Source: Mobula hypostoma (Eukaryota). Taken from it: DNA of 64,000 bases. The stretch is from the NCBI RefSeq assembly GCF_963921235.1, contig NC_086099.1, positions 154,814,001-154,878,000 on the forward strand, in the 5' to 3' direction. Positions 63,843-64,000 of this stretch are shown piece after piece (the stretch's first letter is position 1; the number at the start of each line of letters is the position of its first letter). The translations under genes and the position numbers were made by a program. Below the pieces are notes generated by a model, which had not been told where the DNA came from, searched no databases, and saw nothing but the letters and a program-made list of their open reading frames with translations.

Positions 63843-64000
63843 CAGGTTTCCCCTGCCATCCGAAGGTAGAGCATTCCTATGAAACAGTTCGTAAGCCGGA
63901 ATGTTGTAAAGCGAAGAAGCAATTACCATTTATTTATATGGGAAAAATTTGTGAGCATTCGCAGATCCAAAAATAACCTACCAAATCATGCCAAATAACA
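63843..64000. mobile_element. Left end of a TcMar/Tigger-like element (runs off the window)
   Basis: TA|CAGGTTTCCCC start, CpG-retaining TIR-like text. Confidence 0.5.

Overview
Vertebrate, repeat-dense intronic or intergenic DNA. The CR1/L1/Penelope/V-SINE repertoire suggests a cartilaginous fish, probably a ray (inference from repeat content only). I recognise no intact conserved host gene. Most of the window is transposon-derived: a six-layer LINE nest (2.8-14.2 kb), a Tc1 split by an internally deleted Nimb LINE, Harbinger relics and a TIR-bounded Harbinger derivative, two Gypsy elements, Rex/L2 fragments, and a near-complete 2975-bp hAT transposon. The most interesting signal is a set of minimal type-I hammerhead ribozyme motifs (CUGAnGA-stem II-GAAA(C/U)GUC) in two Penelope-like families. 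These include two ~120-bp insertions identical over 96 nt with long TSDs, one showing a twin-priming-type inversion. A few unique segments have good splice signals and may be exons of an unidentified minus-strand transcript (low confidence).
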